A DNA stretch of 64,000 nucleotides, from NCBI GenBank assembly GCA_963740355.1, contig CAVUDW010000003.1:1568001-1632000 (forward strand), written 5' to 3'. A program made the translations under genes and the position numbers. Below the pieces are notes generated by a model. The model was not told the origin of the DNA and did no database searches. It saw only the letters and a program-made list of their open reading frames with translations. Shown here piece after piece: positions 10,428 through 19,622 of the stretch (position 1 is its first letter; every line of letters begins with the position of its first letter). The DNA is from an uncultured Gemmatimonadaceae bacterium. Its GTDB lineage: Bacteria; Gemmatimonadota; Gemmatimonadetes; Gemmatimonadales; Gemmatimonadaceae.

Positions 10428-11153
10428 ATGTCCCGTACTGCCATCCGCCGCGCGTTCCTGTCGGCGGCGCTGGTTGTTCCGACTGCACTCTTCGCCCAGA
10501 AGCCGAGCGCGCAGTCGATCTTCGATAAACATGCGGCCGCCGTTGGTGGCGTCGCTGCGTTCAAGGCAGCAACTGCCCGCACAGAGATTGGCACCGCCGA
10601 CATCACGTTCGCTGGCGTCAGCGCCGGATACGAGCGCAAGGTCGCTGGCGGCAAGATGCTGATGACGATCGACGTGGCAGGCTTCGGGCAGGTCGTGCAG
10701 GGCTTTGACGGCACCATCGCGTGGGCGATGGATCCGCAGTCCGGTGCACGCAAGATGGATCCGGCAACCGCAGCCGATGCAGCATCGAGCACGTCGCCGA
10801 CGGCAGGCCTGTGGGAAGCTGGTAGCTACACGAGCGCGGAAGTGCTCGAGGCCGCAGACTTCGAAGGCACGAAGGTCTGGCCCGTGAAGGTCGTCAGCAA
10901 GAGCGGCAAGTCACGCATCGTCTACTACAGCCAGGAGACGGGCCTCAAGGTCGGCGAGGTGATCCAGCAGGATGGCGCCGAGCAGAAGGTCGTGTACGCC
11001 GACTACAAGCCGTTCGGTGCATTGAAGGTGCCCACCAAGGTCACGCAGGGTACGCCGAATGGTGACATCGTGCTCAACATCACCGCGGTCAAGTTCGACC
11101 CGATCGATGCGGCTGCATTCGCGCTGCCTGACGCAGTGAAGGCGCTGCCGTAG
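10428..11153 (+). CDS. Secreted protein, LolA-like / DUF620-like fold
   Basis: Signal peptide (ALFAQ), GG.AA.K, QGFDG..AW, YADYK..G.LKVP, FALP pattern; GGAG RBS. Confidence 0.65.
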   Translation: MSRTAIRRAFLSAALVVPTALFAQKPSAQSIFDKHAAAVGGVAAFKAATARTEIGTADITFAGVSAGYERKVAGGKMLMTIDVAGFGQVVQGFDGTIAWAMDPQSGARKMDPATAADAASSTSPTAGLWEAGSYTSAEVLEAADFEGTKVWPVKVVSKSGKSRIVYYSQETGLKVGEVIQQDGAEQKVVYADYKPFGALKVPTKVTQGTPNGDIVLNITAVKFDPIDAAAFALPDAVKALP

Positions 11154-11180
11154 TCTGGTGTTGCGGTTCGTACCTGAAAG

Positions 11181-11223
11181 AACAGCGGGGCCGGCTTCGC
11201 GAGAATGCCGGCCCCGCTGTTTT
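11181..11223. terminator. Intrinsic terminator between convergent genes
   Basis: 15-bp stem AACAGCGGGGCCGGC / GCCGGCCCCGCTGTT with T run. Confidence 0.85.
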
Positions 11224-11237
11224 GCACGATGCGCCCG

Positions 11238-12578
11238 CTATTCGGTGTCGTCCGGCGCGTGCAGGTGTTCGAGTCGTCGCAAGGTCGGCGACAGCACCGC
11301 CATCGACAGCACGACGACGATCGTCACCACGCCGCCCATCAGCACACTGTTGACCGCGCCGAACAATCGTGCCGTCAACCCACTTTCGAAGGCGCCGATT
11401 TCATTTGCGCTGCCGATGAAGATCGAGTTCACGGCCATCACGCGTCCCATCACGTGCGGCGGCGTGCGTGCCTGCAGCAGCGTAGACCGGATCACCACGC
11501 TGATGCCGTCAACCGCGCCACCCATCGCCAGCAGTGCGCAGCTGAGCCAGACATTTCGCGACAGGGCGAAGCCGATGATGCTCAGTCCCCACGCGAACAC
11601 GGCCATCAACAGGGTGCGGCCGGCCCGTCGCATCGGCGGCTGGTGCGCCAGCAGCAACGCCATGCACACCGCACCGACCGCCGGCGCTGCGCGCAGGTAG
11701 CCAAGCCACTCGGGCGAGACATGCAGGACAGTCTTCGTGAACACTGGCAGCAGCGCGGTCGCGCCGCCGAACAACACGGCAAACATGTCGAGCGAGAGTG
11801 CGGCCAGCACCAACTTGTCGCGCAGCACGAACCGGACGCCTTCGAGGATGCCGGCACCCGCGCTCGATGCCGCAACTACGCTTGGCTCGCGACGAGGCGC
11901 GGTCACAGCCGCCATCGCCCACCACGCAAGCAACAGCAGCGCGAACGTCACCGAGTACGTCGCCGTCGGGCCCGCAAAGGCGAAGATCAATCCACCAATT
12001 GCCGGACCGAGCACCGACGCGAATTGCCAGATCGAACTGCGCCAGGTGGCAGCGTTCGCGTACAGCGATGCCGGCACGATCATCGTCCCGAGGGCCTGCC
12101 GCGCCGGCTGCAGGATTGCGCGTGACACGCCAGACACGGCCAGCACCGCGTAGATCGCCATCGGCGACGACCACGCCGTGGACCCGATCGTTCGCGCGCC
12201 AGCGCCCTCACCACTCGTCATGTGAAGCGCAAACGTCATCGCGAGAAACAACGCGGCACAGAGCACGAGAACCACGATCCCGAGCAGTGCCAGTCGTTTG
12301 CGATCGTAGCGATCAGCCCAGTGTCCCGCAGGCAGTGACAGCGCCAGGAAGGGGAGCACTTCCGCCAGGCCTGCAAGGCCCAGCGCGAGTGGATCGTTCG
12401 TTGCCGCATACAACTGCCACGCGACGGCAATGCCCTGGATCTGTACACCGACCGTCATCGCCATCAGGCTGATGACGAACCACCGAAACGCCGGCACGCG
12501 CAACGCGCCGTAGGGGTCGTGCTTGGGCGTCGGCGGCAAGCCCCCTGCCGTGATGCCGGTATTGTCGCTGTCGCTCAA
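11238..12578 (-). CDS. MFS transporter (EntS/DHA3-like)
   Basis: About 12 TM segments, GHWADRYDRKR motif A, LDMFAVLFGGATALLP; TTG start overlapping the upstream stop is inferred. Confidence 0.88.
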   Translation of the reverse strand: MSDSDNTGITAGGLPPTPKHDPYGALRVPAFRWFVISLMAMTVGVQIQGIAVAWQLYAATNDPLALGLAGLAEVLPFLALSLPAGHWADRYDRKRLALLGIVVLVLCAALFLAMTFALHMTSGEGAGARTIGSTAWSSPMAIYAVLAVSGVSRAILQPARQALGTMIVPASLYANAATWRSSIWQFASVLGPAIGGLIFAFAGPTATYSVTFALLLLAWWAMAAVTAPRREPSVVAASSAGAGILEGVRFVLRDKLVLAALSLDMFAVLFGGATALLPVFTKTVLHVSPEWLGYLRAAPAVGAVCMALLLAHQPPMRRAGRTLLMAVFAWGLSIIGFALSRNVWLSCALLAMGGAVDGISVVIRSTLLQARTPPHVMGRVMAVNSIFIGSANEIGAFESGLTARLFGAVNSVLMGGVVTIVVVLSMAVLSPTLRRLEHLHAPDDTE

Positions 12579-14284
12579 GCGACGGTCGAACCGCGCAGCG
12601 TCTCGAGTCGATCCTCGACCAGCCCGACGAGTTCGCGCATACCGTCGGCATCGAAGATCAGCCGTGCACCGGCCGCCGCGTACAGCTCGGGTAACCCGCG
12701 CGTGCCACCGAGTCGCAACGCCGCCTTGTACCCCGCCAGCGCCCCTTCGGGATCGGTCAGGCTGCGCTTCCAGATCTGGAGCGCACCGAGCTGCGCGATC
12801 CCGTATTCGATGTAGTAGAACGGCAACTCGAAGATGTGCAACTGCCGATACCAGCGCGCGGTGCGCTCGCGATCGAGCCCGGACCAGTCCACACCCGACT
12901 CGAATCGGTTGCGCAGTGCCAGCCACGCCGCGTCACGTGCATCGCGATCGTGCCCCTTGCCGCTGGTGTAGATCCAGCGCTGAAAGGCATCGACGCTGGC
13001 GATGTGCGGCAACGCGAGCAACACATCCTCGAGATGCGCTGCCTGCGCTCGACGCGCCTGATCCGGCGTGTAGTAGCCCACCGGCAATGCGAACAACGGC
13101 GCCGCCAGCAGCTCCATCGACATACTCGCCAACTCTGCCGCTTCCGAGCCTGTGCCACGCTGCCAGATCAACTCCTGGTTCGACGCCAGGTAGGCGTGGA
13201 AGCAATGCCCCGCTTCATGCACCAGCGTCGTCACGTCATCCGACACACCAACGGCGTTCATGAACACGAACGGCTGCTTGCGATGGTGCAGCGTGGTGCA
13301 GTATCCGCCCGGCGCCTTGTTCGGCCGACTCTCGAGATCGAGCAGCCCGTCGCGCGCCATGTCGGCAAACCGGCCACCAAGCTCGGGATCGAGCGCCGAG
13401 AAGAGTCGGCTGCTGGCCGCGACGAATTCTGCGGCGTCGCGAAACGGGCGCAGCGGTGCGAGACCATCAGGGTCCACCGCCAGGTCCCACGGCCGCAACG
13501 CCTCGACACCGAGGCGCTCACGTCGATACGCATGCACGCGGGCCGCGGCCGGCGTGACGACCTCCGCGACGGCATCGTGAAATCGCGCGACATCATCGGC
13601 GGTGTAGTCGTAGCGATGTTTCGCTGCGTACGAGAACGCCTGGAAGTCGTCGAAGCCGGATTCGCTGGCCACATCCTGTCGCAGTTCGAACATCCGATCG
13701 AACAACTCCGACATTTCATCGCGATGCGCCAGATAGGCATCGGCGCCGGTACGAAACGCGCGTTCGCGAGCACTGCGATCGTCGGACTCCAGCAGCGGCT
13801 GCAACTGCGGAATCGTGAGCGTGCGCCCGTCGATCTCGACACTCAGGCCGCCAGCGATCTTCTGGTAGGCAGCACTCAGTTCCTCGATCTGTGCGAAGCG
13901 CGGCACGTTAGCGGCGCGAAAGATCGAGACCGTGGTCCGGAACTCACGCAGGAGCGTCGCGATGTCGGCATCGTCGATGCCGGTTGCGATCAACAACTCG
14001 GCGAGGCCGGTCTGTCGCGCCTCGACGTTCGGCTGGATCTCGGTCACGAAGCGCAGGTATCGCGCCTCGGCCGCTGCATCAGCGGTGTTGCCGGTGTACG
14101 CGATCAGCGCCTGTGACGCCGCTTCATTCACCATCTCCTCGAGCAGCGACCACTGACGCAGCCAGGCGCGCGCCGTGCTGCGCGTGGGGGCATCCGCCGC
14201 CAACCCGTCATAGTAGGCGGCGATCTCCGGCCAGGTGGCGTCAGCGAGATCGGCCGGCGAATTCGGCAGCGAGTGCGGCATCAC
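12575..14284 (-). CDS. M3 family oligoendopeptidase (PepF-like)
   Basis: KAPGGYC, HEAGH zinc motif, ELASMSME, PFYYIEY. Confidence 0.93.
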   Translation of the reverse strand: MMPHSLPNSPADLADATWPEIAAYYDGLAADAPTRSTARAWLRQWSLLEEMVNEAASQALIAYTGNTADAAAEARYLRFVTEIQPNVEARQTGLAELLIATGIDDADIATLLREFRTTVSIFRAANVPRFAQIEELSAAYQKIAGGLSVEIDGRTLTIPQLQPLLESDDRSARERAFRTGADAYLAHRDEMSELFDRMFELRQDVASESGFDDFQAFSYAAKHRYDYTADDVARFHDAVAEVVTPAAARVHAYRRERLGVEALRPWDLAVDPDGLAPLRPFRDAAEFVAASSRLFSALDPELGGRFADMARDGLLDLESRPNKAPGGYCTTLHHRKQPFVFMNAVGVSDDVTTLVHEAGHCFHAYLASNQELIWQRGTGSEAAELASMSMELLAAPLFALPVGYYTPDQARRAQAAHLEDVLLALPHIASVDAFQRWIYTSGKGHDRDARDAAWLALRNRFESGVDWSGLDRERTARWYRQLHIFELPFYYIEYGIAQLGALQIWKRSLTDPEGALAGYKAALRLGGTRGLPELYAAAGARLIFDADGMRELVGLVEDRLETLRGSTVA

Positions 14285-14407
14285 GGCAGAGCGAGCGGAA
14301 GTGACTCAGGGCTCAGGCGGCCTCAGGCGAGCAGTGCCGCACCGAGATTCCCGATGGCTCCGGCGTCGTCGCCGTGCCGTACTCGGAGCATTCTACCCGC
14401 CCCAACC

Positions 14408-14725
14408 TCAGGCGCGTACCCCTGCGCTCCCGGCAGCCAGCCACGAGGGCGTCCGCGCCGTGACGGCCGCCAGGCGATGCCGCAGTTCCGACGGCAAAGA
14501 CGCTGCGCCTCGGGCGTCCGCTTCCTGCACCAACCGAATGGCCCGCGACTGTGCCGCAAAGGCTTCCAGCAGCGCCGTGGCGGCACCAGGCACCTCCAGC
14601 GCCTGCCGCATCAGCATCTCCAGCGTCAGGTCGGCATTGACCAGATGTGCGCGCAGCGGCGCAATCTCGTCCTGGGGCTGCTGGGTTGCATCGGTCAGCT
14701 GAACTGCTTGGAGCGGCAAAGCCAC
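14408..14725 (-). CDS. Hypothetical helical protein
   Basis: Open frame with GGAGA RBS before GTG 14725; no motif recognised. Confidence 0.45.
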   Translation of the reverse strand: MALPLQAVQLTDATQQPQDEIAPLRAHLVNADLTLEMLMRQALEVPGAATALLEAFAAQSRAIRLVQEADARGAASLPSELRHRLAAVTARTPSWLAAGSAGVRA

Positions 14726-14898
14726 GTCACGTTCTCCACACGGTGGGCGTCGGTCCAGTGTTGCCTGGAAGCACGACGATGGGTTATATGTTTCACTACG
14801 CACATTCTTTACCTGCCTGCGACCTCACCGCGACGCGCAACTCCAAGTGCCGTCGCAACTTGGTGAAGTACACCGAGGCATCCGGAGGGCCTGACGCT

Positions 14899-15783
14899 GT
14901 GACGCACGCTTCACACGCGATCTTCCCCGCGCCGCCCGCGAGCGGAGCGGACCTCGTCGATCGGCACTGGGCGGTTGACGCCATGCCGATCGCGCAGCGT
15001 CTCGCGACCCTCGCCGCCGCCGAAAAAGCGACCGTCCCCCTCACGGACTCTGGGCTTCGCGAGTCCGCGAACACGCTCGCGACCGCCTACGAACTCGCGG
15101 CGCTGCTTGGACGCGACGCCCTCCGCTCCGGATCGCCCAACACCACTGCGAGCCTCGAGCGAGCGGCGCTGCGCGTCGGTGCCGAGCGCGCCAACCTGCT
15201 GCACCGGGCCATCGGGCTGCAGCCCGGTACCGACTCGGAGGGCCTGCTGCGGCACGCGGTGCGCCTCTGTGCCCTCGCTGCGGTTGCCGGGCCCACGTGT
15301 GTGGCTCACACGCGTAGCTGGCTGCAGGCGGGCCCGGTGGCTGACCGCCTCGAGCAGGCCGCGAAGCACCAGCCCAACCCCGCCGAGGAGATGTCGCCAC
15401 AGGCGGCCGCGCCGCTCTGGCGCATCTGGCGTCATCTCCTGCTGCATCCCGACACGGCGACCCTCGAACAGCTGGTGAACGACCTCGCCGCCCTCCGCGA
15501 ACTGCGGCACGGCGTGACCGACCTCTCGCCGAGCACCAACGAGACGGAGCTCCGGCTTCGCTTTCAACAGTTCGTGCGGGAGCGGCTGGCCGACGCCGCC
15601 GGCCTCCTCGCCATCGGACTGCGTGGACGCGCCAATCCGACGACCATCGCGACCGAGATCACGGCGCAGTGCACCGCGGCCCGCTCGGCGTCCACCGGTG
15701 ATCCCAACCTCGACCTGCTGGCCGCCTGGCTCGAGCTCGCGGCGCTCACGACCCTCGCCCCGCAACTGACGGCGTCCCGCTGA
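14899..15783 (+). CDS. Hypothetical all-alpha protein
   Basis: GGAGG RBS before GTG 14899; long open frame with typical codon usage. Confidence 0.65.
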   Translation: MTHASHAIFPAPPASGADLVDRHWAVDAMPIAQRLATLAAAEKATVPLTDSGLRESANTLATAYELAALLGRDALRSGSPNTTASLERAALRVGAERANLLHRAIGLQPGTDSEGLLRHAVRLCALAAVAGPTCVAHTRSWLQAGPVADRLEQAAKHQPNPAEEMSPQAAAPLWRIWRHLLLHPDTATLEQLVNDLAALRELRHGVTDLSPSTNETELRLRFQQFVRERLADAAGLLAIGLRGRANPTTIATEITAQCTAARSASTGDPNLDLLAAWLELAALTTLAPQLTASR

Positions 15784-15971
15784 GCGGAAACCCACCCCGC
15801 CCGGCACGACTGTCAGTGTTTCATCCTGCGGTGGCTGTGGCGCTGGCATGACCCACGATCCTCACCTGCGACAAGACGAATTCGTTCTCGCGACCAGCGC
15901 CGACCGCGTGGGAACAAGCGTACACTCCGCCCGCGTCCCTCACAATCCCGAACAAACACCACGTAAGTCGT

Positions 15972-16066
15972 TGTGGGAATTGTGGATACGTTATCCACGC
16001 AGGTGTGGACAAACGCGCCAAGTCGTGATCTGACAAGCACGTCCGCGCTGTCGACCGTGTGGAAAT
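15972..16066. promoter_or_regulatory. Cluster of DnaA-box-like 9-mers
   Basis: TGTGGATAC 15981, TTATCCACG 15991 and TGTGGACAA 16004 (one mismatch each from TTATCCACA); TGTGGAAAT 16058 and TGTGGGAAT 15972 are more degenerate. Confidence 0.6.
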
Positions 16067-16156
16067 CGCCACGGTGCGCGTGCACTATTTTCGAACCACC
16101 CGGCCGCACGCCAGCGGCGCCTCGTGTTCTCTCCCCACCGCGCGGTTGGCTTCGCG

Positions 16157-19009
16157 ATGTCGTCGCTGGACGCCTCTACCTCCGAACAGCCGATTCCGGC
16201 CTTCCTCGTCACGCGCTTCGCGCGCGGGCGGTTGCTGCTGTGGATCGTGCTCAGCGCCGTCGCCGCGCTGGTCAACCCGGAGTTGCTGCAACGGCTACCG
16301 CGCTGGGTCTTCACGATCTGGGCGACGTGGATCGCCATTAGTTCCCTGCTCGTCATTGCGCTGGAGTACGTCCTCAAGCCGATCCGACGGCATTGGCTCG
16401 ATGCACTGCAGGCCAGCATCGACCTCCCCGTCATAGCGCTCCTGACGTGGTACGCGGGCGCTGGTGCATACCTGCTGGCGCCCTGCCTCGCCATCCCGAT
16501 GGCCTCGGCCACTGGCTGGTTGCCGAAGCGCCCTGCGATCATGGTCGCCGTCGCGACCGAGCTGACGATGCTGGCAGTGATCATCCTCGTCGCCAGCGGC
16601 ACGGTCGTCCCGACACCGATCAGCAGTGGTGCCGGTGGTCCGAGCCGAACCTTCCTGCTGATGGTCCTCGCCGTCCAGGCGGGGTCGCTGGCCACCATTG
16701 CCTATCTCCAGTTCTCCGCCGTGCGCGTCGCACGTGATCGGCGTGATCGCTGGCAGCGTCTCTTCGATGGCGCGCCCGATTCGATCTTCGTCCTCGATCG
16801 CAACGCGAACGTGGTGCGCATGAACGCCGCCGCGCGGCGCGTCACCGGCTATTCCGACGCCCAGATGCGCGAGGGACGGCTGGCCCGGTTCACCGCGGCC
16901 GAGGACCGCGAACGCGCCATGCAGCAGGTCAATCGCGCGCTCAATGGCGAGAACTCCACCTACGAAGCGCGCGGCGTGCGTGCCGATGGCTCACTGGCCC
17001 ACGTGCTGGTGTCGAATGCGCCGCTGGTCGAGGATGGCGTCGTCACCGGTGTGCTGAGCATCGTGCATGACATGACCGACATCCGTCGCGCCGAAGAGGA
17101 ACGTCGGCAGATGGAACAGTCGCTCGACCAGCATCGCAGACTGCTGCAAAGCATCGTGTCCACGGTCCCGACGTACCTCTACGTGCTCGACCTGCGCCTG
17201 CGGCATGTCACGTTCGCCAATGACGCGTTGCTCCAGATGCTCGGCAAGTCGCTCGAGCAGCTCGCGCAGATGCCGCGCGATGAGCTGTTTGCGCTCTACC
17301 ATCCGGATGACATCACCGCGATGCAGCAGGCGGCGCGCAGCATGCGCACGTCGAGTGTCTCGAAGGTCGACATGACCTATCGACTGCTCGGTGCCGACGG
17401 CGAATGGCGTTGGCTGAGCGACCGCATGACGGTCTTCGAGCGCGATGCCGACGGCACCGTCACGCGACTCCTCGGCTCCGCAATCGACGTCACGGAACAG
17501 CGGCGAGTGAGCGCGCAGCTGCGTTTCAGTGATGAGCTCTATCGCACACTGATCGAGAACTATCCCGGTGGCGCGGTGCTGCTGTTCGATCGTGATGCAC
17601 GCCTGCTGCTGGCTGCGGGCCGCGGCCTGCGCGATGCAGGTCTCGACGCGCCGGACATCCTCGGTGAGCCGTTCGGTCACACGCTCGATGCCCACACGGC
17701 GGCCATCCTGCAGCGCCGCTGCCGGGCCGCCCTCGATGGCAACGAACAACAGTTCGAACTCAAGCTCGGCGAGAAGACCTACGATGTTCGCGCCGTGCCA
17801 GTGCGCGACGCGGACGGAACGATTCGTTTCGGTATGGCGCTGACGCTCGATGTCACGGAACGCCGCCGGCTCGAGGCCGACGTCAGGCAGTCGCAGAAGA
17901 TGGAAGCGGTCGGCACGCTCGCCGGTGGCATCGCACACGACTTCAACAACATTCTCGCCAGTGTCATCGGGTACGCCGAGTTGGCCATGCTGGACGCCGA
18001 GTCGGAGGAATTGCAGGCGGACCTGCACCAGGTGCTGACGGCGGCCGCGCGCGGTCGGCAGATGGTGCAGCGCATCCTCGCCTTCAGCCGGCGGAGCGGC
18101 GAGGAGCTACATCCGGTGGAACTCGAGCCGATCGTCTCCGAGACGCTTCGCCTGCTGCTGCCGACGCTGCCGCCAGGAGTCACGATCGACCTGCACGACG
18201 AAGAACGTGTACCCGCCGTACTTGGCGATGCAGGGCAACTGCACCAGGTGATCCTCAACCTCTGCGGCAATGCGATCTACGCCATGCGCGAGACGGGCGG
18301 TACACTCACGGTGCGCCTGCTGCGGAGTGAGACGCTCGGCCAATCGTATCTGCGGCTGGAGGTCAGCGACAACGGCAGCGGGATGTCGCCCGAAGTGCTG
18401 GAGCGTGCGCTGGATCCCTTCTTCACTACCAAGCCACCCGACGAAGGCACCGGCATGGGCCTCGCGATGGTGCACGGCATCATCACGGGCATGGGGGGCA
18501 TCTTCCGCCTCGAGTCGGTGCTGCACCGCGGCACCACGGCGATCATCGAGCTGCCGGCGGACATCGGCCGTCCGTCGCCCTCCACACCACTGGGTGCGGT
18601 CGGTGCAGTGCCCAACGGCACCGAGCGCGTGATGGTGGTGGACGATGAACCCGCGGTTGCGGCCTTCCTCGCCAATGCGCTGGCACGATTCGGGTATCGC
18701 ACCAGCACGTTCACCAGCGCCGAGGCCGCGCTCGAGCAGCTGCGCGACGAGACGGAGCACTACGACTTGTTGATCACCGACATGACGATGCCGCGCATGT
18801 CGGGTGAGGATCTCCTGCGCGAGGCATTGCGAGTGCGACCGGAGTTGCCGGTGGTGGTGTGTACCGGCTACAGCGCCAGCATGACCCCGGAGCGCGCCTA
18901 CGAACTCGGCGCGTCGGGCTATCTCAACAAGCCGCTCTCGGTGAACGAGCTGGCGCTGCAGATCCGCCGCATCCTCGACCTCGACGCCTCGGCCGTCCGC
19001 GACTCCTGA
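16157..19009 (+). CDS. Membrane-bound hybrid histidine kinase (three PAS, HisKA, HATPase, receiver)
   Basis: TM N-terminus, PAS/PAC repeats, IAHDFNN H-box, PFFTTK...GTGMGL, VVDDE...LITDMTMP receiver. Confidence 0.93.
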   Translation: MSSLDASTSEQPIPAFLVTRFARGRLLLWIVLSAVAALVNPELLQRLPRWVFTIWATWIAISSLLVIALEYVLKPIRRHWLDALQASIDLPVIALLTWYAGAGAYLLAPCLAIPMASATGWLPKRPAIMVAVATELTMLAVIILVASGTVVPTPISSGAGGPSRTFLLMVLAVQAGSLATIAYLQFSAVRVARDRRDRWQRLFDGAPDSIFVLDRNANVVRMNAAARRVTGYSDAQMREGRLARFTAAEDRERAMQQVNRALNGENSTYEARGVRADGSLAHVLVSNAPLVEDGVVTGVLSIVHDMTDIRRAEEERRQMEQSLDQHRRLLQSIVSTVPTYLYVLDLRLRHVTFANDALLQMLGKSLEQLAQMPRDELFALYHPDDITAMQQAARSMRTSSVSKVDMTYRLLGADGEWRWLSDRMTVFERDADGTVTRLLGSAIDVTEQRRVSAQLRFSDELYRTLIENYPGGAVLLFDRDARLLLAAGRGLRDAGLDAPDILGEPFGHTLDAHTAAILQRRCRAALDGNEQQFELKLGEKTYDVRAVPVRDADGTIRFGMALTLDVTERRRLEADVRQSQKMEAVGTLAGGIAHDFNNILASVIGYAELAMLDAESEELQADLHQVLTAAARGRQMVQRILAFSRRSGEELHPVELEPIVSETLRLLLPTLPPGVTIDLHDEERVPAVLGDAGQLHQVILNLCGNAIYAMRETGGTLTVRLLRSETLGQSYLRLEVSDNGSGMSPEVLERALDPFFTTKPPDEGTGMGLAMVHGIITGMGGIFRLESVLHRGTTAIIELPADIGRPSPSTPLGAVGAVPNGTERVMVVDDEPAVAAFLANALARFGYRTSTFTSAEAALEQLRDETEHYDLLITDMTMPRMSGEDLLREALRVRPELPVVVCTGYSASMTPERAYELGASGYLNKPLSVNELALQIRRILDLDASAVRDS

Positions 19010-19137
19010 GGCGAACGGAGTCGCCGCGAGCAACGGCCGTTCATGGAGAGTTCTCTATGCGGTCAGCGCTTGAGACTTCGTGGGGTCGGAGTCCTTGAAC
19101 ACGTTCGCGCGGCTGCGCCGCTGTCGACCCACACGTC

Positions 19138-19550
19138 CTCACGCGGAGGCGCGGAGAACCGCGGAGCCGCGGAGCTTTCGCGCGCGGCAGCCAGCTTTTG
19201 CGTGGCGCGGAGGATGAACTGCAGGGGAACTGCGCTCGCGAGCACACCGCGAGCACCCGGTAGCAGCCCGCCCTCCCAAAAACTTTGCCTCGCGGGCCGA
19301 CACCCTAAAAAGCAGTTGCAGTTGCCCGTCGCCCGATGTTGACCCCTCCGCCGCCAAAGGCGTCGAGTGCTGTTCTCCGCGCCTCCGCGTCCCCCGCGCC
19401 TCCGCGTGAGGGAGTGTGGACCAGCGCCGCCGGAGGCGTCGAACGCCGTCTCCAGCCCCCCGGGTGAGGAAGCGTGGACTAGTCGAACGCCGTCTGCAGC
19501 GTCCCGGCGTGAGGGAGTGTGGACCGAAGCCGCCGAAGGCGTCGAACGCG
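19138..19550. repeat. REPIN/MITE-like inverted repeat plus internal direct repeats
   Basis: CTCACGCGGAGGCGCGGAGAAC (19138) is inverted to GTTCTCCGCGCCTCCGCGT...CCGCGCCTCCGCGTGAG (19372-19410); direct repeat CGTGAGGGAGTGTGGACC...GGCGTCGAACGC at 19405 and 19508. Confidence 0.7.
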
Positions 19551-19569
19551 AAGAACTGACGGAAAAGCA

Positions 19570-19603
19570 GAAGGGGGCACCTCCTTGCGGAGGTGCCCCC
19601 TTC
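19570..19603 (-). terminator. Intrinsic terminator of the OmpA gene
   Basis: Perfect stem GAAGGGGGCACCTCC-ttgc-GGAGGTGCCCCCTTC with TGCTTTT following on the minus strand. Confidence 0.85.
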
Positions 19604-19622
19604 CTTCCTTCAGACCGATTCC

